Positions 27,901-40,975 of a stretch of 64,000 bases of DNA are shown here, in pieces. The notes beneath the pieces were generated by a model. The model was not told the DNA's origin. It was given only the letters and a program-made list of their open reading frames with translations, and ran no database searches. The first letter of the stretch is position 1; every line of letters begins with the position of its first letter. Both the position numbers and the translations under genes were made by a program. This stretch comes from Lingula anatina (taxonomy: Eukaryota; Animalia; Brachiopoda): contig CM120644.1 of assembly GCA_051362555.1 (NCBI GenBank), forward strand, positions 9,866,954-9,930,953, in the 5' to 3' direction.

Positions 27901-27926
27901 CCCACCACGCAGCCAGCGCCAGACAT
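18933..27926 (-). CDS. BBS12: Bardet-Biedl syndrome 12 chaperonin-like protein, ~1178 aa, 11 coding exons
   Basis: Exons 27926-27860, 27567-27531, 27251-27173, 26889-26764, 26475-24602, 24200-24056, 23711-23562, 23120-22953, 20574-20461, 20134-19972 and 19546-18933 have GT/AG borders and consistent phases (3537 nt). Motifs matching recalled BBS12: GVPIQAIVSGFQEGL, LEELAECLSHG, LIQGDVTPSYRQRGF, EEQFWHCLRRL, VLPGGGETEAWC, VLDDYQSKVESWRTALRTVCLLLQTD. Confidence 0.9.
19093..19303 (-). repeat. Coding 39-bp (13-aa) tandem repeat in the last BBS12 exon
   Basis: SDITENSGVTTTH / SDITKNSDVTATN / SDITENIDVTGSD / RDITTNSDVTTTH / SDVTKNSDVTSTT / SDVT. Confidence 0.85.
20841..22757. mobile_element. Helentron/HINE (DINE-like) non-autonomous element with an internal satellite, in BBS12 intron 8
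   Basis: Begins (AAA)ACTAG. Sub-terminal IR GTACCACCAGC (20879-20889) / GCTGGTGGTAC (22743-22753). Terminal hairpin AGTACCGCCAACGTATACGCTGGTGGTACT followed by an A-run, short GC-rich repeats near the end, and central tandem repeats. Confidence 0.75.
21210..21957. repeat. ~146-bp tandem repeat (about 5 copies) inside the HINE element
   Basis: AGGTCAAAGGTCAATTTCAAGGTCACA recurs at 21287, 21421, 21567, 21713 and 21858. Confidence 0.9.
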
Positions 27927-28101
27927 CTTTGTTGGTTTGCGACAGCGACAGCGGCAGTGACAGTTTAACTTTAACGATGAACAGCATTGAAGTCGATGTG
28001 TAAGCTCTCTAGAGACAAAAGGGAAATTATAGACATCAATGTTAAGTGTGTGCAGCTTTTACATCAATCTGTGGTATCCCATACACGCTCCAATAGAAAT
28101 G

Positions 28102-28105
<4 letters not shown>

Positions 28106-28148
<43 letters not shown>

Positions 28149-28163
28149 TCAGAAAGAGAGAGA
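28106..28163. repeat. (GA)n microsatellite in the probable BBS12 5'-UTR intron
   Basis: Directly visible. Confidence 0.9.
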
Positions 28164-28324
28164 GAGCAGCCGGGGGAGAGGGCTGGAGAGAGAAAGAGAG
28201 GCCGTTGGATAGAGTAAGAGATAGAGGGACAGAGGGGAGACAGTGGGCAACTTTCAGTAAAATTCTCATTAATAAGTTATTAAAATATCTCTTTTATTTC
28301 GCCACCTACCTTCTAGATAGATAT

Positions 28325-28438
28325 GTTTCCAGGGCGAAGTCAGACAAGCTTCTTCTGCTCTTTTGTAAATGAAGTCAGACAAGCTCCTCCTGCTCTTTTA
28401 TAAATGCGCATGCGTTACGACTTACAAGCGTGACGTCA
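28325..28438 (-). promoter_or_regulatory. Probable BBS12 promoter: imperfect X-box, NRF1-like site and perfect CRE
   Basis: GTTTCCAGGGCGAA (28325), TGCGCATGCG (28405) and TGACGTCA (28431). A minus-strand donor AAG/GTAGG lies near 28310 and an acceptor near 28009, upstream of the ATG at 27926. Confidence 0.4.
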
Positions 28439-29890
28439 TTTGGGAATTCCCCCATCAGGTAATCAGGTCCCACTGTGCTGGGAAACGTCTACGATATAAT
28501 TCCCTGATTTATCACAGTTTAGATTATTATGTAGTTTCAGACTTTTTATTCAAATGACCTCATAAGAAATATGATTTTAAAGAAAAAGTCTCTACAAGAG
28601 ACGTAAAAAGTTATCAATGTAAAGTATAAAAGACGAACAACGATCGAGCTTTAGCCCTTTTTTTTTGGCAAATGTTATATTTTCCCAAAATCTTAATAAT
28701 TATTTTCAGACATAACCTATTTAATATTGTTAATAATTCTTTTAATTTTTGGACGATTTCATTGAAAATTGCCAGCTTCCTTGATGAAAAAAAATGACTT
28801 TTTGACAAAGCTCACTTCAAAACTCAAGCCCATTTTTCTTGGTTATATTAGCCTGGGGAATTTCAATGCATTAGAAAGTGAACACAAAAAAGAGACAATT
28901 CCATCTGTCCATATTTTATTTTTTTAGCATGCACTTGTAGACAGCTATACAAGTTATTATACACCACAGTTAACTCTACTTCAAATACATTTTATTACCT
29001 ATAATCCACAAAGTTAAGACTTTTTATATCTAGAACATAAATATAGAACTCGTTCAACTTCTGCCTACTGAAGTTTACAGCCCATTATCATCTTACAACA
29101 TCAGCATTCAAAGCTTAATGCTAATTCAATAAATAACAAATTAAGCGTACTTTGACACCATGACTATTATTAACTGTTATATTGTTGAGTGTGTGAAGGC
29201 TAAGCCCCATGTAAGTTGAGGAATTTGGAATCCATCTTCCTTTAAGGTAAATGTTAAATCCTTGCCAAATTGAATTTTCCTTAAGGAAAAATCAAATTTT
29301 TTCCTTCTCATAAATCATTGGTTGATCCAGCAACAGTCAGGATACTTTTAATTGCTTGCATTTTAAGTATAGATTGGAATCCCTTCTTAAGAGTCACAAT
29401 ATTAATTAAACCAAAGTAGAAATTCAACAAATATTTCATTAAATATTGTGTTGGAAATTATTAAAATGGATTCACTCCTCCCAACAAGTGAAAGCTTTTT
29501 AAGACACAGGGAGTCAACTTGTAAAAAAAAATAATTAAATACAAATCTATCACAACAACTGCAAGTGTTCACATTTAAAAACCTAATCAGATACAGGTTA
29601 TGTCTAAATGCACATTCTGATTCATGCATTTATCTGATAATTATAACAGTTGCTGACAACACATTTTTGGAGTGAATGAAATCTCCTAGATATTGACTGT
29701 TATGTTGCCACTACCAGTCACTGCATGTTATACTGGACAAAAACAAAGAAAAATGAAATCATTGCAGCTGCTGCTGAACTTTTGTATTAATTCATGGTAC
29801 TGGCATTAAATACATGATAAATAGCAATGTCAGTGAACGATAATGTCCCAACGAAAGTGAACACCATCTCTCCATAGCACAGGAAAACTG

Positions 29891-32800
29891 TTATTTCTTT
29901 AAAGCCTTTAGTCTCTGGTCCATACTTTCTATGTTACTTTTGATTACTTTCATGTTCTTCTCAAAGTTACTTTGAAGCTGAAAAGAAGAGGGACAAAAAT
30001 TTTAATAATGATGTGCAATTAGAATAATGTCTCAACCTTTAAACTTGTAAAGTAGCTGAAATTTTAATTTAACCATTTTCAGATCAAATTTCATTAGTTT
30101 TTTCCATTGCCTGCAAATAATCAGTGACATATTTACTGAAAAATAATCACACAGGCATATGAACCTTGGGTTCAAAAATAAATCTAACCATCTTTTTAAC
30201 CACATTGTGGTTTTATTTGCAATTTGCTATTTATAATTGAACATAATGCTAACAAATAACTGGTTAGAGTAACCATTCAACTAGTGAAGATGAGCTCCAC
30301 CTACCTGTTTCACCATATCAGAATGAGCTGTCAAGTTTGCCGCCACTTGCTGCTGGGAAGTATCTAAATGAGTTATGGCTGCGCTAAACTGCAGGGCTGG
30401 AATAGCAAGCACAAAAATAATTTACTGCAGATGACCACCATTCAAATTCTGCATCAGGTTTCACAAAATATTTCATACCAAAATACAAAATACTTGTCTG
30501 TTTCTATTTAGGGTATATCTGTATAACTATAATAATCCACTAAAACATAGTAACTATAGGAACAAATAAAACTTATTTGTGAAAATATATGTGTATTATC
30601 TGTGATAATAACGTCATACCGTGTACATTTCTAGCATGAACTTAAGTCAAATTCTGATATTCATCAGTTTGACAAAGACACTGAACTAAAAAAACTGGGT
30701 GAATAATGTGCTGACACTGTTAACAAATTATATGTTATAAGTGTTTATATTTCAGGTAGATGTGTGTGTGTGTGAGAGAGAGAGAGTGGGGGGAGAGCGA
30801 GGTTTTCACCAAACAAATATAAAGATTCATAAGATTTGTGCTCATTTCCTCCTGCCTCTGTTTTACTACAACATCATACCTTGTTGATGTAGTTCCTTCA
30901 GACCGGCCACTCTGTCTACTAAGTGTGGCAGTGCTAGTGCTATCTCATCCCATCTCTTCACTATATCATATAGTTCACTGATCTGAAATAACAGATTTTA
31001 TATGTCTATAATATTTACTATTTGCATCATGGTAACTAAATCAGAGAGGTCAGCTGGGTGATGACTCTTTTTTTTTTTTTTTTTTTTTCAAATTTTCTAC
31101 ATAGGTACTCTCCAACAAAATGTTAGATATAGTCAGAGAAATATTTGGTTCTGTGAATATCTTGCCAAAATATTCCCCAGGTAGCTTGTAATCCTAGTAC
31201 CTGATGTTTTGCTGACTAGAGTTGGATGACTAAATAAGTCACAGAAACCGTATTTGCTGAAAAAATTATTCCTCTCCTAAACCCCTTTTTCAATTTTTTT
31301 AACAATTCATAAAAAAATTTCAGCTTACTAAACTTTAAGCAAAAAAGGACGTTTTTTCTACATGTATGAACCATCCAACACACTACCCTTCTGAACTATT
31401 TCACACTGTACAACACTGTGCTTTACCTTGGCTAGTTTTTCATCACTGATAGCAGCCTTTTTCTCAGAAACTTGGTTTAACTTAGAAAGGAGTCCATGTA
31501 ACCGGGCATCAATGGCACTGAGCTGATCTGGATCCAGGACATTAGATTTGGCAGTCAGATCTGTAACAGCACCCTGGGAAAAGAGAGGGAAGTTATGTTG
31601 ATTTCATTTATATATATTATTAGCCTCCTCCCCTTAAATCATCAACCATGCAATACATTCACCCAATTCAAATTAAGTTTTAACAAAAATAAATAGACAT
31701 TTTCACCTTTTCCTTCCTGGTTTTTTAGGGTAAAGGTGGATTTAATGTCATTACGATTTGAACTTTTTCCAAGAAATATGTTCTTTTTTAAGGTGGCTGT
31801 GATATATTTATTCATGATCGATTACAAATTGATAATTTGCATAACAAGTGTTTGGGTTAGTAACTCACCATAAGACTCTTGTTGGCAAGTCCAGCAGTAA
31901 GAACAGACTGAAAGTGAAAGTAAAGGGAACATGAGGTGGAGTGAAAGTGAAACAATGAACTACTGACAGTTATTTTGTGTAAGAAATTGAAATATATAAA
32001 CAAAATAAACATTTCTACAAGTGTGCATCATTCCTCTTTTATAAATTTCAAATACTACGCAAATATTGATTGGAGAAAATTATACAGCTTTATTCTTAGT
32101 GCATAACACTGCTCAGCTGAATGAGATAAAGTTCTTTTCTGACAGACAACTGAATTAGATAAAGTCCATTTCTCTGGGCATATACAGTAGTGTCAAAGCA
32201 CAAAATCATAAAATTATAAATTTTTGTTAAATAATTATTTTAGTTTATTTATTATCGTTTTTTATTTACTTATTTTATTATTTTTATTTTATTTTATTAT
32301 TATTATTTTTATTTATTTTTTTTTTTTTTTTGTTAAAATATAGTCTCTTATGCAAAATAAATAAAAGATTTTTATTCATACCAGTTTTTCTGGCTGTTGT
32401 CCTATAACAGCTTCCATCCTCTCCAATCTCTGCTCCAGGGCAGCCAGCTGTAAAGTTAAACAGTTCTTGTGGATAAAATTAGGCACCATGATAAGGAAAC
32501 ATTTCGAAACAGGGAATTTTATCAACATTTGAATAGGTATTAAATTCAACTGATCTTCTTGTTGATGAAATTAATCACCAAAATCAAGTCAGAAACATTT
32601 TCAGACAGGAAATCTTTTCAAAAATCTGAACACTTAATTGAACTGCTTATACATTTAAATAGAATGTACCTTAGTTTTCATGTGCAACGTTTGCAAAGAT
32701 GAAAATATATTTTATATGATCCTTCATTAAGAAACCTGATAATTAATTCCATCAGAGAGTACCCTTTATTAAGAAACCTGATAATCAATTTCATCAGAGA

Positions 32801-34730
32801 GTACTTTGCCAAAGTACATCTTCTATTAACCTCTACACATTCAGAATTATGAATTACCCTAGCACTCTCGCTGAACTTGGCCTGCTCTGCCCTGTAGTAC
32901 AGTTCATACGTCACTTTATCTCCAGCTGGCTTGCCTTTGGTGGGGCTCTTGGCATCTTGTTTGGAGTGTTTGAATGTTTCCAGGGATTCCAGGAGACGTC
33001 TGGAAAGCAGTGACTTGATATCAAAACTGGCATATGTGTAGACATCTTAGTGTCTGTATATAATATTGTAAAACAGTTCGATCATAAGTGTTAACTCTAG
33101 ATCTTGTAAAGCTGAAGGGCATGTTTTAAACATTTTCCTGCAGAAAAAAAAGATTGAGAAGACGCTCATGTAATATGATTAGCCATTAAAGATCAACTTC
33201 TTCTAATTTATTTATTGATTTATTGATTTATTTATTATTCCATTAATTTATTTTCTATTTTTATTGATTTATTTTTCTTTTGTGCACTTTGCTTCAGGCC
33301 CAGACATTACCTCTGTAAAGCTCCCAGTGGATCAGCCAAGTCGAGGTGGGCCTCCTGTCCTGTGATTTTCTCCACATGCAGATCTGTCAGCTGGTTCTGA
33401 AGGTACTCCACCTGCCTGGCCAGCTCTACTGGGGACATCTTATCCACAGCATTCTCATCCTTGATGGTGGCCTGATAAGAAATGTGGAAAGTTATAGAAA
33501 AGCATGCCTTGTCTGTTTTATATTTACTGAGATTAAAAGACGTCCTGTTGAGAAAACATTCAGTAATGAATTAATCTTGTGAATGGGAAAATTCTGAATT
33601 TTACAGATATCGTATTTTTTATCACATAATGATAATGAAAACATTTAGGTTGTATAAAATTATAGTGTACTGCACAACAGTACCAATACGCCATGTTTTG
33701 TATGTCAATGTTGCCTTGTTTATTAATATGACATTCCTAGCACATAGAATTTGACTGTATTACGAAAAAGTTCAACCCGATCTCATACCGATTCTTGCAT
33801 GTTCCCCAAGTCTCGTATGAAATCATGCAGTGCAGACAACCTGTTTTTAGACTATCTCTGATAATAACCAAATGAGTCATACCTTAAGTTTACTCAACTC
33901 ATCAGCCAAATCTTTCACTTCTGCCTGGAGTCTTTGATATTTCTGCAGAGGGGTCTCCTGCTCACCCTCACCCAGCTGAAATAATAATAATAATACATTT
34001 TCAACTAAAATTTGGGATATTACAATAATCATTTGAATGACAATATCTATGTTTCTCTCTTTGACGTACAATAAGACCATGCAGCATCATAAGTGTAAAA
34101 ACTCACCAGTTCATATTCCGTGGCATCATACCCAGTGTGCCTGTGAACCTTCACACGGTCAGAAAAATCTGAAGCCAAACCAAAGCAAAAATCATTCTCA
34201 CTTCATATTTTGATGTCAGACCAGCAAAAGATTTCTTTAATTACTGATCAAAAAAGTCAAAGCTGAGGCATGTGTTTTTTAATAGATTCCATCTTCAGAT
34301 TATCTTATCTTGATTCTCACTTTTTTTTATCATCAGTTTTCAGATGTCTTTAAACTATAATGTATAGAATCACCTGCTCTCCCTGCATCAATGCCCTTCC
34401 CTTTAAATCTTTTATAAGCTTCTTTGGGGTCCAATGCCAGCCTCTCAACACTCTCACTGCCCAACTCCTCCTGTAAATAGGAAACTATGATAGTGCTAGC
34501 AGTGACCATGAATGCATCAGATGTGGCACTGATTGTGTTGAGTGACTGGTTGTGTTAAGTGTGGCCTTAATTACATCATGTGTGAAACCACAAAATGCAG
34601 CACAAGAATCAATCTGACACTACGTTTCTGCACATATGCCAAGTGATATCCATATGATCTCATTTTGTGTGCCAACTCCTGGATCTAAGCACATGTGCTG
34701 AGAACAAAACGGTGTTTATATAGCAGTTGC

Positions 34731-34761
<31 letters not shown>

Positions 34762-35739
34762 CAGATTATAACAGAATATGAAAGGTCTTTTGTCATTAAA
34801 ACAGTCCTTGAAGCACTTTCATGTAAAATCAGCCTAACGTAAGTAAATGAAATGCACTTGATAATGATCCAGTTGCAGTCCAAGTGACCACAAAATTCAA
34901 ATCTATTTCAGTACTTACAGATATATATTCCAAACATATATATTATTATAAGTGCCAGAAAAAAGTTTATAGGCCTGAAATATGGAACTTGGTACATTGT
35001 ATGACTGAAAAATTAACTCACTGGTTCCTCTGTCTGAGGCTGATCACTTTCTGGAAGGTCACTAGTCTCGTACACATCTGGCTGGTCTGTGGCCTAGAAA
35101 ATGAAATTCCTTTTAGTCTATATCCAATCTTGCTTTGGCTATCTGATATACAGTAAGATACTAGTACTTGGAGATACAAGTTGATTAAGCTCAGTCTAAA
35201 TTTCCATGAGATTGAAGTTGCCAACTTGAATATTTGGTGTCACCAATACATCTGTACCTGTAACCAGTCCCAATACCTCTATACAGTTTTATACATAATA
35301 CGTGTTGGCTTTTTTCGATGGGGGGGGGGGGGGGGGGGGGGGGGAGGAGGGGGGTACGTTACATTTATAACCCATAATTTGAGAATGCTGGACCAGTCAC
35401 TTAAACCAAAATTTCCAATAAAATATACATATTTGGGTTTTGAAATAAGAGAATTTTGAGTGAATTTTCTGACTGACCTAATAACAACTACTTAATAAAT
35501 TGCACCATGCACAAGTCCCTGTCTGCAATTATTGGCGGGGAGGGAGGGGGGGCACAATGCAAAAAAAAATCGTCGCAAGGTTTCCAAAGCTATTTCTGAG
35601 GGACATTTGACTTAATTTTCAGCAACTTACGCATGTTTTCTGAAGGCATATGAAGAGTTATTTACGCTCAAAAAGCACTAGGGATATGCTTTGTACTTAC
35701 AATACCAGGCAGTGCCGCATATTTTGGATCTACAGCCAT
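29891..35739 (-). CDS. DCTN2: Dynactin subunit 2 (p50 dynamitin), 399 aa, 13 coding exons
   Basis: Exons 35739-35701, 35093-35022, 34470-34374, 34168-34107, 33975-33883, 33471-33311, 32999-32858, 32447-32382, 31907-31869, 31573-31427, 30982-30880, 30396-30305 and 29977-29891 (1200 nt, phases consistent). Sequence [28 protein letters not shown]...ETPLQKYQRLQAEV...VTYELYYR...LKELHQQALQF. Confidence 0.96.
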
Positions 35740-36330
35740 TTTGGGTGATTCATACAATAGGCGCTTACGCGTGTGCAACGTCAGACCTGAGGTCATAAAT
35801 TAGATACACGTTATGTGAAATATTGCAAGAAATGTAAGAGGTCATTTAGTTACATGATGAAATGCTCTTCCTTAATATAATTACAATACAACTGCTCTTT
35901 ATATGCTAATACATAAAATATCTAATTGGGGTTGCAAAGAGCACTATGCGCGCGCTTTGTTCAACGCTAACCTGTCTTCGCAGATTCTCAGGTATATGAC
36001 AATTAAACCCCACGATACATCCTTTCTATGGCAATCTTTATCGCAAATTGCCTAAAGCCGTATATTTTACCCCTTTTACGACTGTATTTTTCTTAAACAA
36101 CAAATAAAAACAATATTTAAAGCGAACTTGGGGGTGGGATTAAAAATATCTGTAGTTTCCATCATAAGTAATATTATTAGCCCTTCTAACAGATGGTAGA
36201 GCGGTTTCAGGTTCAACGAGAATATCTTTGAACAACAAAAAATTTTAACGGCTTACAATGCTTAAAATGCGATAAAGAATTATTACAGTATTGGTACACC
36301 AGTTCCCGACATGGGCTTAACGTCAACGTA

Positions 36331-39300
36331 TGTAAAGCCTCTCTTCTGGTCCTCAAATCAAGTTCGGTCCCTTGGTTCTAAACTGTTTACAAGAAGCTCT
36401 ATACTGGACCTACACCTGTAAATGTCCATCATTACGAGTTCAAACGTGTTCCCTAAACGTGTCCTTGGCTGACTCTATTATGGTCTCCAATATTTGAGGT
36501 TTAAAACTTTGAGAGGCTACCAAAAAATGTACGTAAACTGAATGTTAGAAAGAAATGCATTTCAATTATTTAAAATTGTATTATATTTGCTATAATATAT
36601 TCTCAGATTTTTTAAAGAACACAAAAGTTTTGCTGCGTGACTACCTTTAGGATGCTTAAGAATAATACTACAATATTTATGGCGTTCTCTGCCTCATGTT
36701 TTCAAGACAGTTACATTCGTTGGTGATTGTGTGCATGTGGTGGTGTTGGGGGGGGGGGGGTGCTCACTCACTGCCATGATTGTGCGCTTTATATTCCGTT
36801 TCAAGTTAGTATAAGCTCTTATTTTCATATGGACGCGTTTATTCCCATGAATTTCCTAAATGTCCACTGGACTGGTATGGTCACGCGTTTTGTGCAAGTA
36901 GTAGAAATGGATTATATTTTTTTTTTCGAATCAGCAGATCTAAAATAAACAAAGTTTATTAATAAACGCGCAATATTTTCGTAATTAAAGCCTATTTGCC
37001 TGTTTGACTGCATTTAAACTAAGACGCAACTGACCATAATGTGCGTTTGATTGACGGGGCTGGTTTAGAAATGTACGTGCTGCATACCTTGTTGGTATTT
37101 ATACCTAGGCTTTCACAAGCTGTATATCCCATATCATTCAGATAATGTTCAAGTGTTGTTTTGCTACATGATGACAACTTAGCATCCCAATTGTATTGCT
37201 TTAGGAACGTACAGTGAAGGGAATATCTCCAGTGATCTGACCAAAGACATTGTAGAGATCCAGTATAACTACGTAGTATAAGTAGGCCTATGCATACCAG
37301 TGCAGTTTACTGTTACACAACGCCGTTCTCCCTTGGGCAAAATTAAAGGCTAAAATCCCCGCTTCAATTTACCACTTCAAGGGAAAGATTCAGAACAGCG
37401 CCCTGGCCTGAATTTTGATCTTACAAACTGACCTCGGAAACCACAAAATTTTCTTTCATGCCCGAAATCTGTGATTTTAAATACTCGATCCCCACCATTA
37501 AATGTCCCACCGACCCTCACATTGACTGCCTCTCTTGTTAAAGAGCACAATTCAAATTAATTTAAAAGAGACAAACTTAGCTGTTATTACAGAATCGGGA
37601 TTCTTTATCATAGATTTCGTCTCGACTCCAGGGACGTCTCAATTTCTTTTTCGCCCTATATATATTTATTTATCTATTTATTTGTCTGTTCTTTGTTATA
37701 GCTACTAGTATTTTAATTGATTGTACCTTTATGTGAAGGTGTTTGTCAATAAAGAATCTGAATCTGAATCTGAATCTATATATCTTATTAAGTTGAATGG
37801 TCTTTATCGCATCATCTTTATTTAAGTTCATTAAAAACCACAAATCAAAGGAATTGTGTGTACGCGCCGTAATGTACATGATCTTTGGATGGTTATTTTA
37901 AGTAATCCGATGTTGATAATTTCGAATCCTATACATTATAGTACATATGCGTACATGGAAAGCATCAAAACAGATTAAAGGCATTTTCGCGTCGATCATT
38001 ATACCGTTTAATTTGCATCTCATCTGTAGCGAACATTTGGTGCCAGATTAACGAAGCACCGCGCAATTATGTAAGAGAACCACGAAAATAGAGCACCCGC
38101 ACCAGACACGGACATTTAATTTTGGGCTTGTATTCGACCGGAGGCAGAGTTGTGAATCAATCTACAGTATATTATTTTCCGTTTATATAAAAGTTACCTA
38201 AGTCTCGCATAACGCTATCTCAAAATTGGTCCATTTATGACCCTTTAAAACACCGCTACAGATGTAGACACTCCAACCCAATTAATTGAGTTCGATGTGA
38301 GAAATCTTTCAACAAAAAGTGAAAATGTGAGCCACATATATTTAGATTAATATCGGAATAAATATATGACACGTTCCATTACTTTCACTGGTTTATGCCA
38401 CTGTACCCTCTAACTGGAAAAGCAGTCAGCAGTTATTAAAAGTAATATGAAACATTAATAAAAACGTTATGCAATACGTGAGCGGTTGTGATAAGTTAAT
38501 TTACGCTCTCATCTTTCATATGAAAAGAAAAATGATTATTTATAACAAGAGTTCAGGGTGGGAAGAGGAGCATAAGGGCATAGCAACTATTATGTTATGA
38601 AATAGGTCAAATTGAGCCTCTACTGATATACTTTATCGTGTTTCGAGCCTATCTAGCTTAGTCGGTTAAGAAGATATATAACCCCCCCCCCCCCCCCCCC
38701 CCCCCCCTGCCCACACTTATTTCAACCTGTAAGATTGGAAAGTCGGTAGTCTGGCTCGGGCAATAAAATCTCACTATCTCCACATCTGGTTTCTATCAAG
38801 CGCGTTCAGAGCTTCAGAGCTTAGGACAAACATATTGCTCCTCGGGCCAGGAAATCTGGAGAAGGGGAGTAGAGGAACATGTCTTCTCAATATGGAAAGC
38901 TGTATATTTTTGGTAATTTCCTTTGTAACATTTACAAACACTAAAAAATATCCTTTCTCGAATTAATATCATGTTCACACATTTCTGTAAATATCCTGAA
39001 TTAAAATACTAATGTTAAATGTCAGAGACTTTGATTTATGACGAGAGAGAGAGAGAGAGAGGTAAAGACAATCTGTAAATGTCCCGAACTAGAGGAGAGT
39101 GTTATAAACTGAACACATCTTGGCTACAACCCTTAGACAGTTAGCCCGCAGAGTGGTTTAGTTATTATGATCAACATAATTGTTTATATTTTTATTAATA
39201 TGAAACAATTTTACTGTTTGCAGCTATACCTGTTTTGAACATGTAATCTGCGCCATATAATAGCAATGGTGCAAAGTGGTGATATTGTAAAATCCTGCAA

Positions 39301-40027
39301 TAAAATTTTCTTCAAATATCAAATTTTATTAGATGGTTGAATACAACATCAGTAATAGAACAGTAATAGAATTCAGCGTAATGATACTGAATTGTTGTAA
39401 AGACATTTAGGAAGCAGGGTGACCATATATGCTCGGAATATTGTCGGAGAGGGAAATTTCTCCAGTTTGTTCACTGCCCTGTGAAGCCATATTGTGGCCT
39501 GAGATGCCGTATCCGTTACTTCGTGACCTGACCTGTCAAAAGCACGTCCGCGCACTCTTTTCATCTTTCACATTAATCAAGATACGGAGTATCAATTACA
39601 AGTGACCCCCGGGGGGGGGGGGGGGGGGGGGTAGGGGGGCATGAAGGGAATAAATAATTATATGTAGTATCCTTGTGACAGAAGGTTACTCTGCAATTTA
39701 TATCTTTCAATTTATGCTGTGAAATAATAGCCAGGTAGTCCGTTGATCTGCGAATCAACCAAATGACCGTAAGTTGAGTTGCTTAACTGCAAGTAATTAA
39801 TCCCCTCCCCTCCCCCCGAACGTCAAACTGGCAGGTTTCCAAATGAAGACTATACCGCAGAAAAAGTTTGGGGCCCAAAAGAGAGTCTGCCAAGGACACG
39901 TTTGGGGAACACGTTTGAACTCGTCATGATGGACATTTACAGGTGTAGGACCAGAACAGAGCCTCTGGTAAACAGTTTAGAACCAAGGGACCGAACTTGA
40001 TTTGAGGACCAGAAGAGAGGCTTTACA
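36331..40027. mobile_element. 3.7-kb non-autonomous TIR element with TGT...ACA termini (Ginger-like ends), inserted in the first array unit
   Basis: 36331-~36495 is the inverse of ~39862-40027 (TGTAAAGCCTCTCTTCTGGTCCTCAAATCAAGTTCGGTCCC...). No long ORF inside. The flanks rejoin to the array sequence GCTTAACGTCAACGTA|GA(A/C)GTTCCTGA. No clear TSD. Confidence 0.8.
37747..37778 (+). repeat. AATAAA followed by (GAATCT)4, possibly the 3' tail of a non-LTR retroelement fragment
   Basis: caataaagaatctgaatctgaatctgaatct. The retroelement interpretation is inference only. Confidence 0.35.
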
Positions 40028-40704
40028 GACGTTCCTGATGTAGGCCTACAGGAGGCCCAGATTGAGAAACCGACACGAAGCTTTGCTATTTACTTTGCTA
40101 TTTACTTTACTATGACGCTAAACAGTACAATGGGACGGTTCAAGTTTTCGCGTCACCATTAAATGAGGGAATCGCTGAAAAATGTTTTCAATTTCTCTAT
40201 GCTGGTGTGCTTTCCATCCAAGCAATTGCGGCGATGCGACTTTTGAGAAAAACATATTTGGAAAATAATTCCTCCAAGAAGATTCCATTTTTTAAGCTGA
40301 ACGTGGTTTACAGGTGGCAGGACGCGGTGCTTTACTGGGAAAGCTAACGAATCAATTCAAGTTTGGTCACTTTGATTGATAAGCCTGCCTAAAACGTTTC
40401 CAGTTAGACGATTTCAGATGCTTTTTTTTTTTTTTTTTTTTTTTTTTTTTCCACCTAGTTTACGTTTGCCTTCACCTGTGACGTTCTAGGGCACGGTGAG
40501 AGCCAAAGCGGTTCAAGCCTTGGCGGTTTTAGATTTGAGTAGTCTTTGCCATTTCAAAGGGCGGCTGTTGCCCTGGGCTCTACATGACCACATGAACAGT
40601 ATTGATAAGCAGGACCCAAGAGGTACGGCATAAAATACAAAAATTGTGATAAGGTAAACCAATCGCGGCGACGAAATGAATAAAGAATTTCCGATATTTA
40701 ATGC

Positions 40705-40912
40705 AAAAGGTAAATTTGCCGGGACTCACGAGAGGCTGCACTCGTTTTCCCTGACTGGCCGTTTCTCTGGCCAGCTGGTTGTTGTGTTGAAGTGACATGT
40801 CTCATCCGGGACTCGAACTCGTGCCCTTGCGTTACCATGGTTGGTGATTGCTTTGCATGCTTTTTTACATCCTTGCACGCTACCGATTGCGCCGTGAGAG
40901 ACCCGCCCACCC
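40705..40912 (-). ncRNA. ~208-nt tRNA-derived Pol III gene (TATA, A-box, B-box, T4), present in 7 array units
   Basis: TATAAGAG lies ~26 nt upstream. GTCTCTCACGGCGCAATCGGTAGCG resembles the 5' half of tRNA-Asn. B-box GAGTTCGAGTC, acceptor-like GTCTC/GAGAC pairing, hairpin GCTGGCC-AGAGAAAC-GGCCAGT, and a CCTTTT end. Other copies: 44028-44235, 45267-45474, 46509-46716, 48773-48980, 49896-50103, 63721-63929. Confidence 0.55.
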
Positions 40913-40975
40913 TCCGTACGTACGAGTTTCCTCTTATAGTGAACAAGCGCAATTTTCCAAAAATTACTTTTAGGT

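Noticed and set aside
40850-40880. GCAAGGATG...ACATGCAAA resembles the U6 snRNA 3' region
   Set aside because: There is no ACAGAGA box or AGC triad context, and the segment lies inside a tRNA-like frame.
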